The notes under the pieces: model-generated
What the model was told of the DNA's origin: nothing
The model's database searches: none
Seen by the model: the letters and a program-made list of their open reading frames with translations, nothing else
Translations under genes and position numbers: made by a program
Source of the DNA: an uncultured Thermoleophilia bacterium
Lineage (GTDB): Bacteria > Actinomycetota > Thermoleophilia > Gaiellales > F1-60-MAGs149
Length of the DNA: 64,000 nucleotides
Reading direction: 5' to 3'
Assembly: GCA_963800515.1 (NCBI GenBank)
Contig: CAWDBC010000001.1
Span: 310,010-374,009 of the forward strand
Shown: positions 9,847-19,352 of the stretch, one piece after another
Numbering within the stretch: position 1 is the first letter of the stretch
How the letters are laid out: each line of letters starts with the position of its first letter

Positions 9847-11882
9847 GGGCAGCACTCCTTGTCGTCGCGGTGTCGGGGAACCGGCGGGGGGACGTCGAGC
9901 GCCGGGTTGCGGGCGAAGAAGCCGACGGGCTCGAGCCTGAAGCCGGCCGTGGCGACGGGCATCACGGGCCAGTCCTCCGGCCGCGGCACGTGATGGTGGC
10001 CGAACGTGTACCAGACGACGATGTCGCGATCGGCGATCGGCCGGTCCGCGCTCGTCCACTCCGGCAGGCCGGAGCCACCGGCGTGCTGGTTCGGGTAGTC
10101 GCCGGCCGCGAAGCGCTCGGCACGCGCGTACGGCGTCACCCACAGGTGCTGGTGGATGAAGGCCGCCCGCTTCGAGACCGCGGCGTCCGGGTGGGCGAAG
10201 GCGATCGCGTTCCCGTCCGGGACGAGGCGGTAGGCGACGGGGTCCCCGAGCCGGTGGTGGACGTTCGGGTTGACGATCTGCCAGGAGCGGGCGGACGGCA
10301 GGTCGACCCGCCGCTGGGCCTCGAGTTCCGTCCGGAACCGGCGGCGCCGGGCGCTGAACGCGTTGCCGTGCGGGTTCTCCGGACCGCGCGGCAGGGACTC
10401 CGTCCACACCTCCTCGACGGCGTTCTCCCGGCCGTCGACGTCGAGGTCGAGCCGCATGTTGAAGAAGTGCTGGTGGAGCATCGCGTTCAGCTGCGGGGCG
10501 ACCAGCACGCCGTGCCGGGGCCGCTCCCCCGGCGGCACGGCGCCCGTCGAGAGGACGCCGGTCAGCTTCACCTCGAAGGCGATGCTGCCGTCCTGGTGGA
10601 AGGACCAGAAGAACCCGTAGTCGTAGTTGCCGATCGCCGAGAAGGAGGAGATCACGAGGCGGCGGGCGCGCCGGACCTCGCCCTCGCCGTTCCGCCACTC
10701 GATGTGGCGCCAGAGGACCCCGGCGTCCTCCTCGTGCATGCAGATGGCGTTCGGGATCCGGACGGGCGCGCCCTCGGCGTCCGCGACCACCCCGTCGAAG
10801 TAGCGGATCTCGCCGAGGCAGTCGCAGCCGAGGGTCAGCGGCGTCGCCGAGGCGCCGACGCCGTTCTCGCCGGCGTCGATCGCGTTCTTGAAGTAGTGGG
10901 TCGGGCTAGGGTCGCCGTACGGGACGATCATCTCGGAGAGCGAGGCCCGGTACAGGATCGGGCGCAGCCGGCCTTCGTCGAGGTACCCGATCTGGGACAG
11001 CACGAGCCCCTCGCGTGCGTTGAAGCCGACGTGGATCCGCCACTTCTGCCACTCGACGACCTGTCCCGCGATCGTGAAGCCGGGACCGTCGGGCTGCACG
11101 ATCTCGAGGGGCGCGATGTCCGAGCGGAGCGTGCCCACCGCGTCGACGCCGAAGTTGCCGGACTCGGGCGGGATGGGGACGATCTCGTGGTCGTCGACGC
11201 GCAGCACCTCGAGACGGTTGAGGTCGACGAGCGCGATCAGCCCGTCGATCGGACGCGCCCACTCGCTGTCCGTCGGCTCGGGCCGGACGAACGCGATGGC
11301 GCGCGACAGGCGGCGTCCGGCCTCCTCGGCGTAGCCGAAGTTCCCGGCCGGCCAGGCGTCGACCTGGATCGCGTCGAGGTCGGCGATCCCGCGCCGGGAG
11401 AGGCCCGCGCGGAAGCGCGGATCGGCGCGCACGAGCTCCTCGGCCTCCATCAGCTCGCCGACGAGCGCCATCGGCTGGACGTCCACGCGGCGCACCCAGG
11501 CGGCGATGCCGCCGTCGCCGTCGAGGGAGACGACGATCTCGTGGGTGGAGCCGTCCTCGCGGTCGAGGAGCACCACCTCCGCCTCCCGGGGCGGGAGCCC
11601 CGCCGATCCGTCGCTCCAGGCGAGGACGGCGTCCTTCTCCGGCTCGCGGAGGTCGATGCCGATGAAGCGGGTCCGGAGGCTGAGCTCCCCGTACCGGCGG
11701 GCACCGCGCACCATCCGGCTCGTGGCGGCCATCTCCCTCTCGGTCAGCGGGTCGAGGGGATGGAAGGTCGCCTGGTCCGGCGCGCCTCGTTGCTCGACTC
11801 TGTCCTCGATCACCGGAAATCGATCATAACAGGGCATGTCAGGCTCACAGAGTTTGTTGCTTTCTGCGCGATCGATTGCCAT
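9843..11882 (-). CDS. Copper-containing (topaquinone) primary amine oxidase
   Basis: It has the TPQ consensus 'IGNYDYGFFWSF', N-terminal HPLDPLT, and His-rich copper-site regions (HQHFF, GHHHVPRPEDWP). The start is uncertain (ATG 11882, ATG 11837 or GTG 11813) because codon bias is weak upstream of 11813. Confidence 0.88.
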   Translation of the reverse strand: MAIDRAESNKLCEPDMPCYDRFPVIEDRVEQRGAPDQATFHPLDPLTEREMAATSRMVRGARRYGELSLRTRFIGIDLREPEKDAVLAWSDGSAGLPPREAEVVLLDREDGSTHEIVVSLDGDGGIAAWVRRVDVQPMALVGELMEAEELVRADPRFRAGLSRRGIADLDAIQVDAWPAGNFGYAEEAGRRLSRAIAFVRPEPTDSEWARPIDGLIALVDLNRLEVLRVDDHEIVPIPPESGNFGVDAVGTLRSDIAPLEIVQPDGPGFTIAGQVVEWQKWRIHVGFNAREGLVLSQIGYLDEGRLRPILYRASLSEMIVPYGDPSPTHYFKNAIDAGENGVGASATPLTLGCDCLGEIRYFDGVVADAEGAPVRIPNAICMHEEDAGVLWRHIEWRNGEGEVRRARRLVISSFSAIGNYDYGFFWSFHQDGSIAFEVKLTGVLSTGAVPPGERPRHGVLVAPQLNAMLHQHFFNMRLDLDVDGRENAVEEVWTESLPRGPENPHGNAFSARRRRFRTELEAQRRVDLPSARSWQIVNPNVHHRLGDPVAYRLVPDGNAIAFAHPDAAVSKRAAFIHQHLWVTPYARAERFAAGDYPNQHAGGSGLPEWTSADRPIADRDIVVWYTFGHHHVPRPEDWPVMPVATAGFRLEPVGFFARNPALDVPPPVPRHRDDKECCP

Positions 11883-11885
11883 GAT
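11818..11885. promoter_or_regulatory. Divergent low-GC control region with an inverted AATCGATC / GATCGATT pair and a candidate leaderless promoter for the SIS gene
   Basis: AATCGATC lies at 11818-11825 and its reverse complement GATCGATT at 11870-11877. Reading plus strand: TTGCTT (11857-62), 17 nt, CATGAT (11880-85), 8 nt, ATG 11894. This is one of the few AT-richer stretches in the window. Confidence 0.35.
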
Positions 11886-11893
11886 GGGCGGGG

Positions 11894-12772
11894 ATGAGCA
11901 GAACCGCGCACGAGGTGGAGAGCCAGCCGCGGGTCTGGCCGCTCGCCGCGGAGGCCGCCGCCCGGGCCGCCGACCGCTTCCCGGCGGCCGGCTCGCGGGT
12001 GGCCTTCCTGGGCTGTGGCACCTCCTACTACGTCGCCCAGGCGGTGGCGGCGCTCTGGGAGCGCGCCGGCCGCGGCGAGGCCGACGCGTTCCCGGCCTCC
12101 GAGGTGCCGGCCGGCCGCCGGTACGACCGGGTGGTGGCGATCTCGCGCTCGGGGACGACGACGGAGGTCGTCCGTGCGCTGGAGGAGCTCCGCCCGGGAA
12201 CGCGGACCCTCGCGATCTGCGCGGCCGCCGACACCGTGATCGCCCGGCTGGCCGGGCAGAGCATCATCCTCGGCTTCGCCGACGAGGAGTCGGTCGTCCA
12301 GACGCGCTTCGCGACGTCGGTCCTCGCCCTCTTCCGGGCGCACCTCGCGGATGACGTCGGGGCCCTCGGCCGCCAGGCGTCCGCGGCCCTCGCCGACCCT
12401 CTCCCGGACGAGCTGACGGACGCGGACCGGTTCGTCTTCCTCGCCAGTGGCTGGGGCGTCGGGCTGGCCAACGAGGCCGCCCTCAAGGTCAGGGAGGCGG
12501 CGGGCGCCTTCAGCGAGGCCTACCCGGCGATGGAGTACCGGCACGGGCCCCTGAGCGCGACGACCCCGGGGACGCTCGTCTGGGTCCTGGGATCGATCGA
12601 GGCGGGCGTGATCGCGTCCGCGCTCGCCGCCGGCGGGAGCGTGGTCGACTCCGGGCGAGATCCCATGGTGGAGCTCGTCCTGATCCAGCGCGCGGCGATC
12701 GCGCTCGCCGCCGACCGGGGCCTCGACCCCGACCATCCGCGGCACCTGAGCCGCTCGGTGATCCTGGAGTGA
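11894..12772 (+). CDS. SIS-domain sugar-phosphate isomerase/deglycase (GlmS C-terminal-like)
   Basis: 292 aa. Motifs seen are GCGTSYYVA, ISRSGTTTEV and EAALKVREAAGAFSEAYPAMEYRHGP, which are typical of the GlmS-isomerase/FrlB/AgaS family. Confidence 0.8.
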   Translation: MSRTAHEVESQPRVWPLAAEAAARAADRFPAAGSRVAFLGCGTSYYVAQAVAALWERAGRGEADAFPASEVPAGRRYDRVVAISRSGTTTEVVRALEELRPGTRTLAICAAADTVIARLAGQSIILGFADEESVVQTRFATSVLALFRAHLADDVGALGRQASAALADPLPDELTDADRFVFLASGWGVGLANEAALKVREAAGAFSEAYPAMEYRHGPLSATTPGTLVWVLGSIEAGVIASALAAGGSVVDSGRDPMVELVLIQRAAIALAADRGLDPDHPRHLSRSVILE

Positions 12773-12843
12773 GCGGCGTCGCGGGATCCGGCGCGGAAAG
12801 GGGCTGATCCGAGATCGTGGAAGCGAGGAGGAGGAAGAGGAGC

Positions 12844-14142
12844 ATGGCAGCGAGAAGGCTCACGGGAGCGGCGGCGGCGCTCGGCTCGGTCGCGATCCTC
12901 GCCGCCTGCGGGGGCGGAGGCGGCGCGAAGGCCGGCTTCTCCGATCCCGGCAAGGCCGACATCAAGGGGCAGACGATCACCGTCCTCCTGCCCTACCCGA
13001 TCCCCAAGTCGCTGATCGCGCAGTTCACCGCGAAGACGGGCGTCAAGGTCAACTACACCGTCACCGGCTGGGACGCCCTGCACGCGAAGCTGATCGTCGC
13101 CAACACGGCGAAGACCTACATCGCCGACGTCACCGAGTTCGACTGGTCGTTCACCGGCCAGTTCGCCGGCAAGGGGTGGGACGAGCCCCTCGAGGACGCT
13201 CTCGACCCGGCGCTCGCGAAGGACCTCGCCAACACCTCGGGGGCCTTCTCGTCCGGCGGCCACACCTACGCGGCCTGTTACTCCAACGACTTCCGGATGC
13301 CGATCTACAACGCCACGATGTTCCAGAAGGCCGGCGTGGCGAGCTTCCCGACGACGTTCGCCGCGATGGCGCCCGCGATCGAGAAGCTGAAGGGCTCCGG
13401 CGTCAAGTACCCGCTCGCGATCCCGATGGGCGCGACCGAGGGCGGCGTCACCCCGTGGTACCTGCTGACCCTCGCCATGGGCGGGCAGCTCTTCGACAAG
13501 GACTTCAAGCCGCTCTTCGCCGACCCGGGCTCGGCCGGCTACAAGGCCCTCCAGTTCGAGGTCGACGCCGTCAAGAACGGCTGGGTGTCGCCGGGCGCGG
13601 TCACCCTCGACGACGGCCCCACGGCGGACAAGTTCGACGCCGGCGCGAACGCCATCCTCCTCGCCAGCAGCCCGGGCAGCCTCGCCACCGCCAACGACCC
13701 CAAGTCGTCGGCCATCCACGGCAAGGCGCGTGCCGGCCTGATGCCCGGCGTCAGCGGGCCCGGGCACTCCTTCGGGCTCCCCGAGGGCCTGGCCGTCCCC
13801 GTCACCGCCAAGCACAAGGATGCGGCTCTGGCCTTCATCCAGTGGTGGGAGGACCCGGCGGTGTCGGGCTCGCTCTACGGATCCGAGGGCATGCTGCCGT
13901 GCCGGAGCACGGTCCTCGCCCAGCTCGCCAAGGACGGGACCCTGCAGGACGGCGAGCGGATCAGGGCCCAGCTCGCGCAGGTCGTCCCGCTCTTCCCGCA
14001 GGGCGCGCCCGTCTGGTACTCCACCTTCAGCTCGGACGCGCAGGGCCTCCTGAACGCCGCCGTCAAGGGCAACATGAGCGTCGGCGACGCGCTGGAGCAG
14101 CTCGCGGGCAAGGCGACGAAGCTGGCCGCCAAGGGCTCGTAG
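12844..14142 (+). CDS. Sugar ABC transporter substrate-binding lipoprotein (family 1 SBP)
   Basis: The signal and lipobox read MAARRLTGAAAALGSVAILAAC-GGGG. The purine-rich RBS is gaggaggaggaagaggagc. Composition is family-1 SBP-like. The track ORF starts at 12817; ATG 12844 is preferred. Confidence 0.85.
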   Translation: MAARRLTGAAAALGSVAILAACGGGGGAKAGFSDPGKADIKGQTITVLLPYPIPKSLIAQFTAKTGVKVNYTVTGWDALHAKLIVANTAKTYIADVTEFDWSFTGQFAGKGWDEPLEDALDPALAKDLANTSGAFSSGGHTYAACYSNDFRMPIYNATMFQKAGVASFPTTFAAMAPAIEKLKGSGVKYPLAIPMGATEGGVTPWYLLTLAMGGQLFDKDFKPLFADPGSAGYKALQFEVDAVKNGWVSPGAVTLDDGPTADKFDAGANAILLASSPGSLATANDPKSSAIHGKARAGLMPGVSGPGHSFGLPEGLAVPVTAKHKDAALAFIQWWEDPAVSGSLYGSEGMLPCRSTVLAQLAKDGTLQDGERIRAQLAQVVPLFPQGAPVWYSTFSSDAQGLLNAAVKGNMSVGDALEQLAGKATKLAAKGS

Positions 14143-14207
14143 CTTGCGGCGAGGACGAGCGACCGCCTCCCGCCGGGGCGGAGCGGCCGGCGGCGCGCGC
14201 GTCCCGT

Positions 14208-14243
14208 CCGCCTCCCCACCGCCGGCCCGCGGTGGGGAGGCGG
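14208..14243 (+). promoter_or_regulatory. Intercistronic stem-loop after the SBP gene (15-bp perfect stem, 6-nt loop)
   Basis: ccgcctccccaccgc (14208-22) pairs perfectly with gcggtggggaggcgg (14229-43). It lies 66 nt after the SBP stop and before the first permease. Confidence 0.6.
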
Positions 14244-14272
14244 CCAGGGAGACGGCGCGACTCGGCCGCCTG

Positions 14273-15104
14273 ATGGTGGTGCCCGCGCGTCGCCTTCACG
14301 GCGTTCTTCGTCCTCTACCCGCTCGCGCGGGGCCTCCGCTCGAGCCTCGAGTCGGGCGGCACCACGGGGACCCCGGGGCGGTGGGTGGGCCTGCAGAACT
14401 ACCGCGACGACATCCACACCCCCGAGGTCACCGGAGCGATCCTCCACACCCTGGTTTACCTCGCCGTCGCCGTCTCGCTCGAGCTCGTGATCGGGGTCTC
14501 CTTCGCCCTCGTCCTGAACCGGGTGTTCCGCGGGCGGGGAATCGTGCTCGCGATTCTGATCCTGCCGTGGGCGCTCCCGTCCGTCGTCAGCGGAGTCCTC
14601 TGGCGCCGGATCTTCGACCCCGACAGCGGGCTCCTCAACAGCTTCCTCCTCCGGGCCCACGTGATCTCGCAGCCGCACGTCTGGCTGGCCGGCCGCTACT
14701 GGGCGATCGCGTTCATCTCCCTCGTGCACGTCTGGGGCGTCCTCCCCCTCGTCACGCTCATCTTCATGGCCGCGCTCCAGAGCATCCCCGACGAGGTCTA
14801 CGCGGCCTCGGCCGTCGACGGGGCGACGCCGCTCGGCCAGTTCCGATACATCACGCTGCCGCTCCTGCGCCCCGCCGTCGCGGTGGCGCTGACGGTGGGG
14901 ACGATCCTCGCGATCAGCATCTTCGACGAGATCTACGTCCTGAACGGGACGGCCCTGAACACCCGCTCGGTGCTGATGCAGGTCTACAACACGACCTTCG
15001 TCGACGCCGACTTCGCGCACGGCACCGCACTCGCGTTCCTGCTGGCCGGCGTCACGGCCCTCTTCGGGATCGTCTACGTGATCTCGCTGCGACGGTCCGC
15101 GTGA
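14273..15104 (+). pseudogene. ABC sugar permease (MalF/UgpA-like), N-terminus out of frame
   Basis: 'LMVVPA' is in frame 2, while the continuation 'VAFTAFFVLYPLARGL...' and the rest (track ORF 14385..15104) are in frame 0. The break lies near 14286 in a gcgcg run. Length mod 3 is 1. The true start is uncertain. Confidence 0.7.
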
Positions 15105-15961
15105 GGCCGTCGCTGCTCGGCCGGGTCCTCCGCGGCGTCGCGGTCGCGGGGATCGTCGTCTGGTCGCTCGGCCCCATCGTCCTCGGCCTGATCACGAGCT
15201 TCTCGTCCCAGCAGGACGTCCAGGCCGTGCCGGCCCGCTGGCTCCCCGAGCACCCGAACGTCGACGCCTACCACTCGCTCCTCGGCGGAACGGGCCACAC
15301 CCAGATCGGCGGCTCGGTCTCGGAGAGCGGCACCTTCCTCAAGGCGCTCGCGAACAGCGCCACCGTCACCGCGGTCTCCGTGGTCGCCGTCCTCGTCGTC
15401 TCGATCACCGCCGCCTACGCGTTCTCGCGGCTCCGCTTCCGCCTCCGGCCCCTCCTCTTCTGGTGCATCCTCCTGACGCTCGTCGTCCCCGTCTTCACGA
15501 TCGTCGTCGCCCTCTTCCAGCTGATGGCCGACCTCGGGTTGATCGACACGAAGGTCGGGCTCGTGCTCGTCTTCGTCAGCACCCAGACGCCGCTCGCCAT
15601 GTGGCTCTTCCGCAACCAGATCCGCGACCTGCCGAGCGACCAGGAGGACGCGGCGCTGATCGACGGCTGCACGCGCTGGCAGGCCTTCACGCGCGTCGTC
15701 GTCCCGCAGATGCGCTCGGGCATCGCCGCCCTGAGCGCGATCCTGATGCTCTCGGTGTGGGGGGAGTTCCTGATCCCGCTCCTCCTCAGCTCCACGATGA
15801 ACGCGAAGCCGGTGACCGTCCTGATCACGGAGTACATCGGCAAGTACACGACGAACTATCCGCTGCTGGCGGCGGCCGGCATGCTCACGCTGCTGCCGCC
15901 GGCGCTGGTCGCGCTCGCGCTCAACCGGCACATCCGCGGCATGCTGAGCGGGGCCTCGTGA
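15101..15961 (+). CDS. ABC sugar permease (MalG/UgpE-like)
   Basis: The GTG start overlaps the previous stop (GTGA). It has 6 TM-like segments and the EAA-type loop 'DEDAALIDGCTRWQAFTRVVVPQ'. Confidence 0.85.
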   Translation: MRPSLLGRVLRGVAVAGIVVWSLGPIVLGLITSFSSQQDVQAVPARWLPEHPNVDAYHSLLGGTGHTQIGGSVSESGTFLKALANSATVTAVSVVAVLVVSITAAYAFSRLRFRLRPLLFWCILLTLVVPVFTIVVALFQLMADLGLIDTKVGLVLVFVSTQTPLAMWLFRNQIRDLPSDQEDAALIDGCTRWQAFTRVVVPQMRSGIAALSAILMLSVWGEFLIPLLLSSTMNAKPVTVLITEYIGKYTTNYPLLAAAGMLTLLPPALVALALNRHIRGMLSGAS

Positions 15962-16004
15962 CCCCGGGGCCTCCGCGCCGGACGCACGGAGAAGGGAGGC
16001 GCCC

Positions 16005-16763
16005 GTGCATCAGCCCGAGCGGCTGGGCCTGATCCTCGACCGTGTCGCGAGCGACGGCACGGTCACGGTCGCCGCGCTCGCGCGCGACCTCGGAGTCTCC
16101 TCGGCCTCGATCCGCCGCGACCTCGAGCTCCTCGACAACCAGCACCTGATCACCCGGACGCACGGAGGCGCCGTGGGGCGCGGCGTGCTCTACGAACTGC
16201 CGCTCCGCTACAAGACGGGTCGCAACCGCGACCAGAAGCTGCGGATCGCGCGTGCCGCCGCCGAGGGCGTCGTCGAGGGCTCCGCCGTCGGCCTCACGGG
16301 CGGCACGACGGCGACGGAGGTCGCCCGGGCGCTCGCGCATCGCTCGGAGCTCACGGTCGTGACGAACGCGTTGAACATCGCGTCCGAGCTCGCCGTCCGG
16401 CCGAACCTGACCCTCGTCGTGCCCGGCGGCGTCGCCCGCAGCAAGTCCTACGAGCTCGTCGGGCCGATGGCGGAGGCGGGCCTCCACGGGCTCAACCTCG
16501 ACGTCGCCTTCATCGGCGTCGACGGCATCTCGGCCGCCGCGGGCCTGACGACCCATCAGGAGGCCGAGGCCCACGCCAACCGGATGCTGATCCAGCGGGC
16601 CCGGAGGATCGTGGTCGTCGCCGACGGCTCCAAGCTGGGCAAGATCATGTTCGCCCGGATCTGCGGCGTCGAGCGCGTCGACGAGCTGATCACCGACGAC
16701 GGAGCCCCGCCGGCGGTGATCGAGGAGCTCGAGCAGGCGGGTGTGGACGTGGTGACGGTGTGA
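16005..16763 (+). CDS. DeoR-family transcriptional regulator
   Basis: 252 aa. The N-terminal HTH reads 'TVAALARDLGVSSASIRRDLELL', followed by a C-terminal DeoR sugar-binding domain. Confidence 0.9.
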   Translation: MHQPERLGLILDRVASDGTVTVAALARDLGVSSASIRRDLELLDNQHLITRTHGGAVGRGVLYELPLRYKTGRNRDQKLRIARAAAEGVVEGSAVGLTGGTTATEVARALAHRSELTVVTNALNIASELAVRPNLTLVVPGGVARSKSYELVGPMAEAGLHGLNLDVAFIGVDGISAAAGLTTHQEAEAHANRMLIQRARRIVVVADGSKLGKIMFARICGVERVDELITDDGAPPAVIEELEQAGVDVVTV

Positions 16764-16874
16764 CGGGAGGGTCGGCGGGCGCGGGGCGCTCCGGCTCCCG
16801 CCGCGCACGCCTCCGCGGGTCCCGTCCTTCCTCCGCGCCCCCGATCGCGCCGCCTCCGGGCATCCTCCCTTCCG

Positions 16875-17567
16875 ATGGCTTCCGCGCAGGCGCCTCTGCA
16901 CGCGGCCGGGCACGGCGCCTCGGTGGTGTGCCTGCACGGGCTCGGCCGGACGCCCCGGGACTGGGACGGCGTGGCCGCCGGGCTCGCCGCGTACGGCGCC
17001 GTCCTCACCCCGCAGTTGCCGAGGGACCCGTCGTCGGCCCTGGCGCGCGCCGACGCCGTGATCCGGACCGGCGACATCGTCGTCGGCCACTCGATCGGCG
17101 GCGTCCTCGCGCTCCGGCTCGCGCTCGAACGGCCGCGACCCCTCGCGGCCGTCATCCTGACCAGCTGCTTCTTCCCACCCGCCCTGAACGGCCGCAGCCG
17201 ATCCCGGACGGCCGCCGACTACGCGGCGCACCGCCTCGCCTACGTCCGCTCGCTCCGGCGAATCGAGGGAGGCGCCGTCGAGGCCGCCGGCACCCTCCGC
17301 GCCCTCGCCTCCCTCCTCCGGCTGGTCCGCCGCCGGGCCGCCCACGACGAGGCGCTCGCCGCGACGACGCCGTGCGTGCTCGTGCTCCACGCCCGCGACG
17401 ACCACGTCGTGCCGATCGACTTCGCCCTCGGCGCCGCGCGTCGGCGACCGGAGTGGGACGTCCGGACCCTCGGCCGCGGCGGCCACTACCCGCAGCTCGC
17501 CGATCCCGCGGGCTGGCTCGATGCGGTCACGCCGTGGCTCGGGAGGGTGAGCGGCGGGTCTGGCTGA
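16875..17567 (+). CDS. Alpha/beta-fold hydrolase
   Basis: 230 aa. It has the 'VVCLHGLG' oxyanion region and the nucleophile elbow 'VGHSIGG'. Confidence 0.75.
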   Translation: MASAQAPLHAAGHGASVVCLHGLGRTPRDWDGVAAGLAAYGAVLTPQLPRDPSSALARADAVIRTGDIVVGHSIGGVLALRLALERPRPLAAVILTSCFFPPALNGRSRSRTAADYAAHRLAYVRSLRRIEGGAVEAAGTLRALASLLRLVRRRAAHDEALAATTPCVLVLHARDDHVVPIDFALGAARRRPEWDVRTLGRGGHYPQLADPAGWLDAVTPWLGRVSGGSG

Positions 17568-17596
17568 GGCCGGGGCGTGGCGTCGTCCGCCCACCG

Positions 17597-18184
17597 TCAG
17601 TCGTGGATCCGATCCCCCCGGCGGAGCATCTCGACGAAGGCGGCCAGGCGCCGGGCGCGGGTCTCCGGCCGCTTCGCCTCCTCGATCCGGTAGAGGATGG
17701 CGTAGCGGTTGCGGCCGTCGAGGGCGGCGAAGGCGGCCGCGATCTCCGCGTCGCGATCGAGCTCCCGCTGCAGGTCGGGTGGCACGCCGGCGCTGCGCTG
17801 CCCGGCGTAGGCGGCCGCCCAGCGTCCGTCGGCCCGCGCGCGCTCGACCTCGGCGAGCCCCGCGGCGCGCATCCGGCCTGCGGCGATCAGCTGCTCCGCC
17901 TTCTCCCGATTGATCTTCGACCAGCGGCTGCGGGACGACCGGGGTGTGAAGCGCTGGAGCCAGCTCTCGTCGTCGTACCGGTCCTTCCGTCCGTCGATCC
18001 AGCCGAAGCACAGGGCCACCTCGATCGCCTCCGGGTAGGTGACCGTCCGCTCGCCCGCGTGCTTCCTGGCGAGCCTCAGCCAGATCCCCGGGCAGCTCGA
18101 ATGGCTCCGCTCCAGCCACGCCGCGAACGCCTCGGCGGAGGGGAAGGTCTCGATCGGCTCGCCCAGCCACTCGGCTTCGTCCAC
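17597..18184 (-). CDS. YdeI/OmpD-associated family protein
   Basis: The last 195 codons of track ORF 17597..18745 form the gene, with GTG at 18184. Blocks 'GIWLRLARK', 'ALCFGWIDG', 'FTPRSSRSRWSKIN' and 'RNRYAILYRIEEAKRPETRARR' are typical of the family. Confidence 0.7.
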   Translation of the reverse strand: MDEAEWLGEPIETFPSAEAFAAWLERSHSSCPGIWLRLARKHAGERTVTYPEAIEVALCFGWIDGRKDRYDDESWLQRFTPRSSRSRWSKINREKAEQLIAAGRMRAAGLAEVERARADGRWAAAYAGQRSAGVPPDLQRELDRDAEIAAAFAALDGRNRYAILYRIEEAKRPETRARRLAAFVEMLRRGDRIHD

Positions 18185-18277
18185 GGCGCCTCGCGATCTC
18201 GGGGTGGCGGTGGTGCTCCTGGCCGGCTCCGATCCGATCTCCGGGCGGGCCAGGGACTCCGGAAAGCGGCGGGCCGT

Positions 18278-18312
18278 CCGGGCGGATCGACCCGGCAGGT
18301 CGATCCGCCCGG
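18278..18312 (-). terminator. Hairpin terminator candidate after dhaK (14-bp perfect stem, 7-nt loop)
   Basis: ccgggcggatcgac (18278-91) pairs with gtcgatccgcccgg (18299-312). It lies 19 nt downstream of the dhaK stop on the minus strand. The U-tract is weak (ctttcc). Confidence 0.55.
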
Positions 18313-18330
18313 CCCGGCGTCGACACGGCC

Positions 18331-19326
18331 TCAGAAGATGCGGGCGGCGATCTCCGCCGGCGCCGCGAAGAGCTCCTTCAGCTCGTCGTCGAGCTTGACC
18401 AGGGTGAGCGAGGCGCCGGCCATGTCGAGAGACGTGCAGTACTCCCCGACGTAGGAGCGGCCGACGTGGATCCCCTGGGCCTCGAGCTGCTCGTGCGCGC
18501 GGGCATAGAGGATGTAGAGCTCGGAGATCGGCGTCCCGCCGAGCCCGTTCACCATCACCGCCACCTCGTCGCCGGACGAGTAGGGCAGATCGCCGACGAT
18601 GGCCTCGAGCAGCTCGTCCACGATCGCGTCCGCGCTCTTCAGCTTCTCGCGCCGCCGGCCCGGCTCGCCGTGGATGCCGACGCCGACCTCCATCTCGTCG
18701 TCGCCGAGGTCGAAGAGGGGCGAGCCCTTCGCGGGCGGCGTGCACGACGTCAGCGCCACGCCCATGGTCCGCGTGACCGAGTTGACCCGCTCGCCGAGCG
18801 TGACGAGCTCGTCCAGCTCGGCGCCCTTCTCGGCGGCGGCCCCGACGGCCTTGATCACGAAGAAGTTGCCCGCCACCCCGCGGCGTCCCACGGTGTACGT
18901 CGAGTCCTTCACCGACACGTCGTCGTCGACGAAGATCGTCTCGACGCGGATGTCGTCGGCCTCCGCCAGCTCCTTGGCCATCTCGAACGCCATCCGGTCG
19001 CCGGTGTAGTTGTTGACGATGTGGAGGACGCCCTTCTTCGAGTTGAGGAGCTTCGTCGTCTCCACGATGTAGTCGGTCGGCGGGGCGGCGAAGACGTCGC
19101 CGGGGCAGGCCGCGTCGAGCATGCCCGGTCCGACGGCCATCACGTGCGCCGGCTCGTGGCCCGAGCCCGACCCCTGGATGATCGACACCTTGTCGTCGTT
19201 CGGGGCGTCCGCCCGCATGATCAGGTTGTAGTCAGGGACGTACTTCAGCATGTTCGGGTTCGAGAGGGCGATGCCCCTGAGCATCTCCGGTACGAACTGC
19301 TGCGGGTCGTTCACGAACTTCTTCAC
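18331..19326 (-). CDS. dhaK: Dihydroxyacetone kinase, DhaK subunit
   Basis: 331 aa starting at GTG 19326, with RBS gagaaggagga. Motifs 'SGSGHEPAH', 'NYTGD' and 'VGVGIHGEPG' are present. Confidence 0.9.
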   Translation of the reverse strand: MKKFVNDPQQFVPEMLRGIALSNPNMLKYVPDYNLIMRADAPNDDKVSIIQGSGSGHEPAHVMAVGPGMLDAACPGDVFAAPPTDYIVETTKLLNSKKGVLHIVNNYTGDRMAFEMAKELAEADDIRVETIFVDDDVSVKDSTYTVGRRGVAGNFFVIKAVGAAAEKGAELDELVTLGERVNSVTRTMGVALTSCTPPAKGSPLFDLGDDEMEVGVGIHGEPGRRREKLKSADAIVDELLEAIVGDLPYSSGDEVAVMVNGLGGTPISELYILYARAHEQLEAQGIHVGRSYVGEYCTSLDMAGASLTLVKLDDELKELFAAPAEIAARIF

Positions 19327-19352
19327 GGCGTCCTCCTTCTCTCCATCGGCGA

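Noticed and set aside
15921-18326. An 801-aa minus-strand ORF across the DeoR and hydrolase genes. Similar cases are 50638..53499 (953 aa), 56976..59597 upstream of codon ~280, 42872..44692, 45303..47915, and the 5' parts of 22550..25240, 24504..29225 and 32182..36717.
   Set aside because: In each case only a defined 3' portion carries recognisable protein sequence and a plausible start or RBS. The remainder is alternate-frame read-through of neighbouring genes and is low-complexity and Arg-rich.
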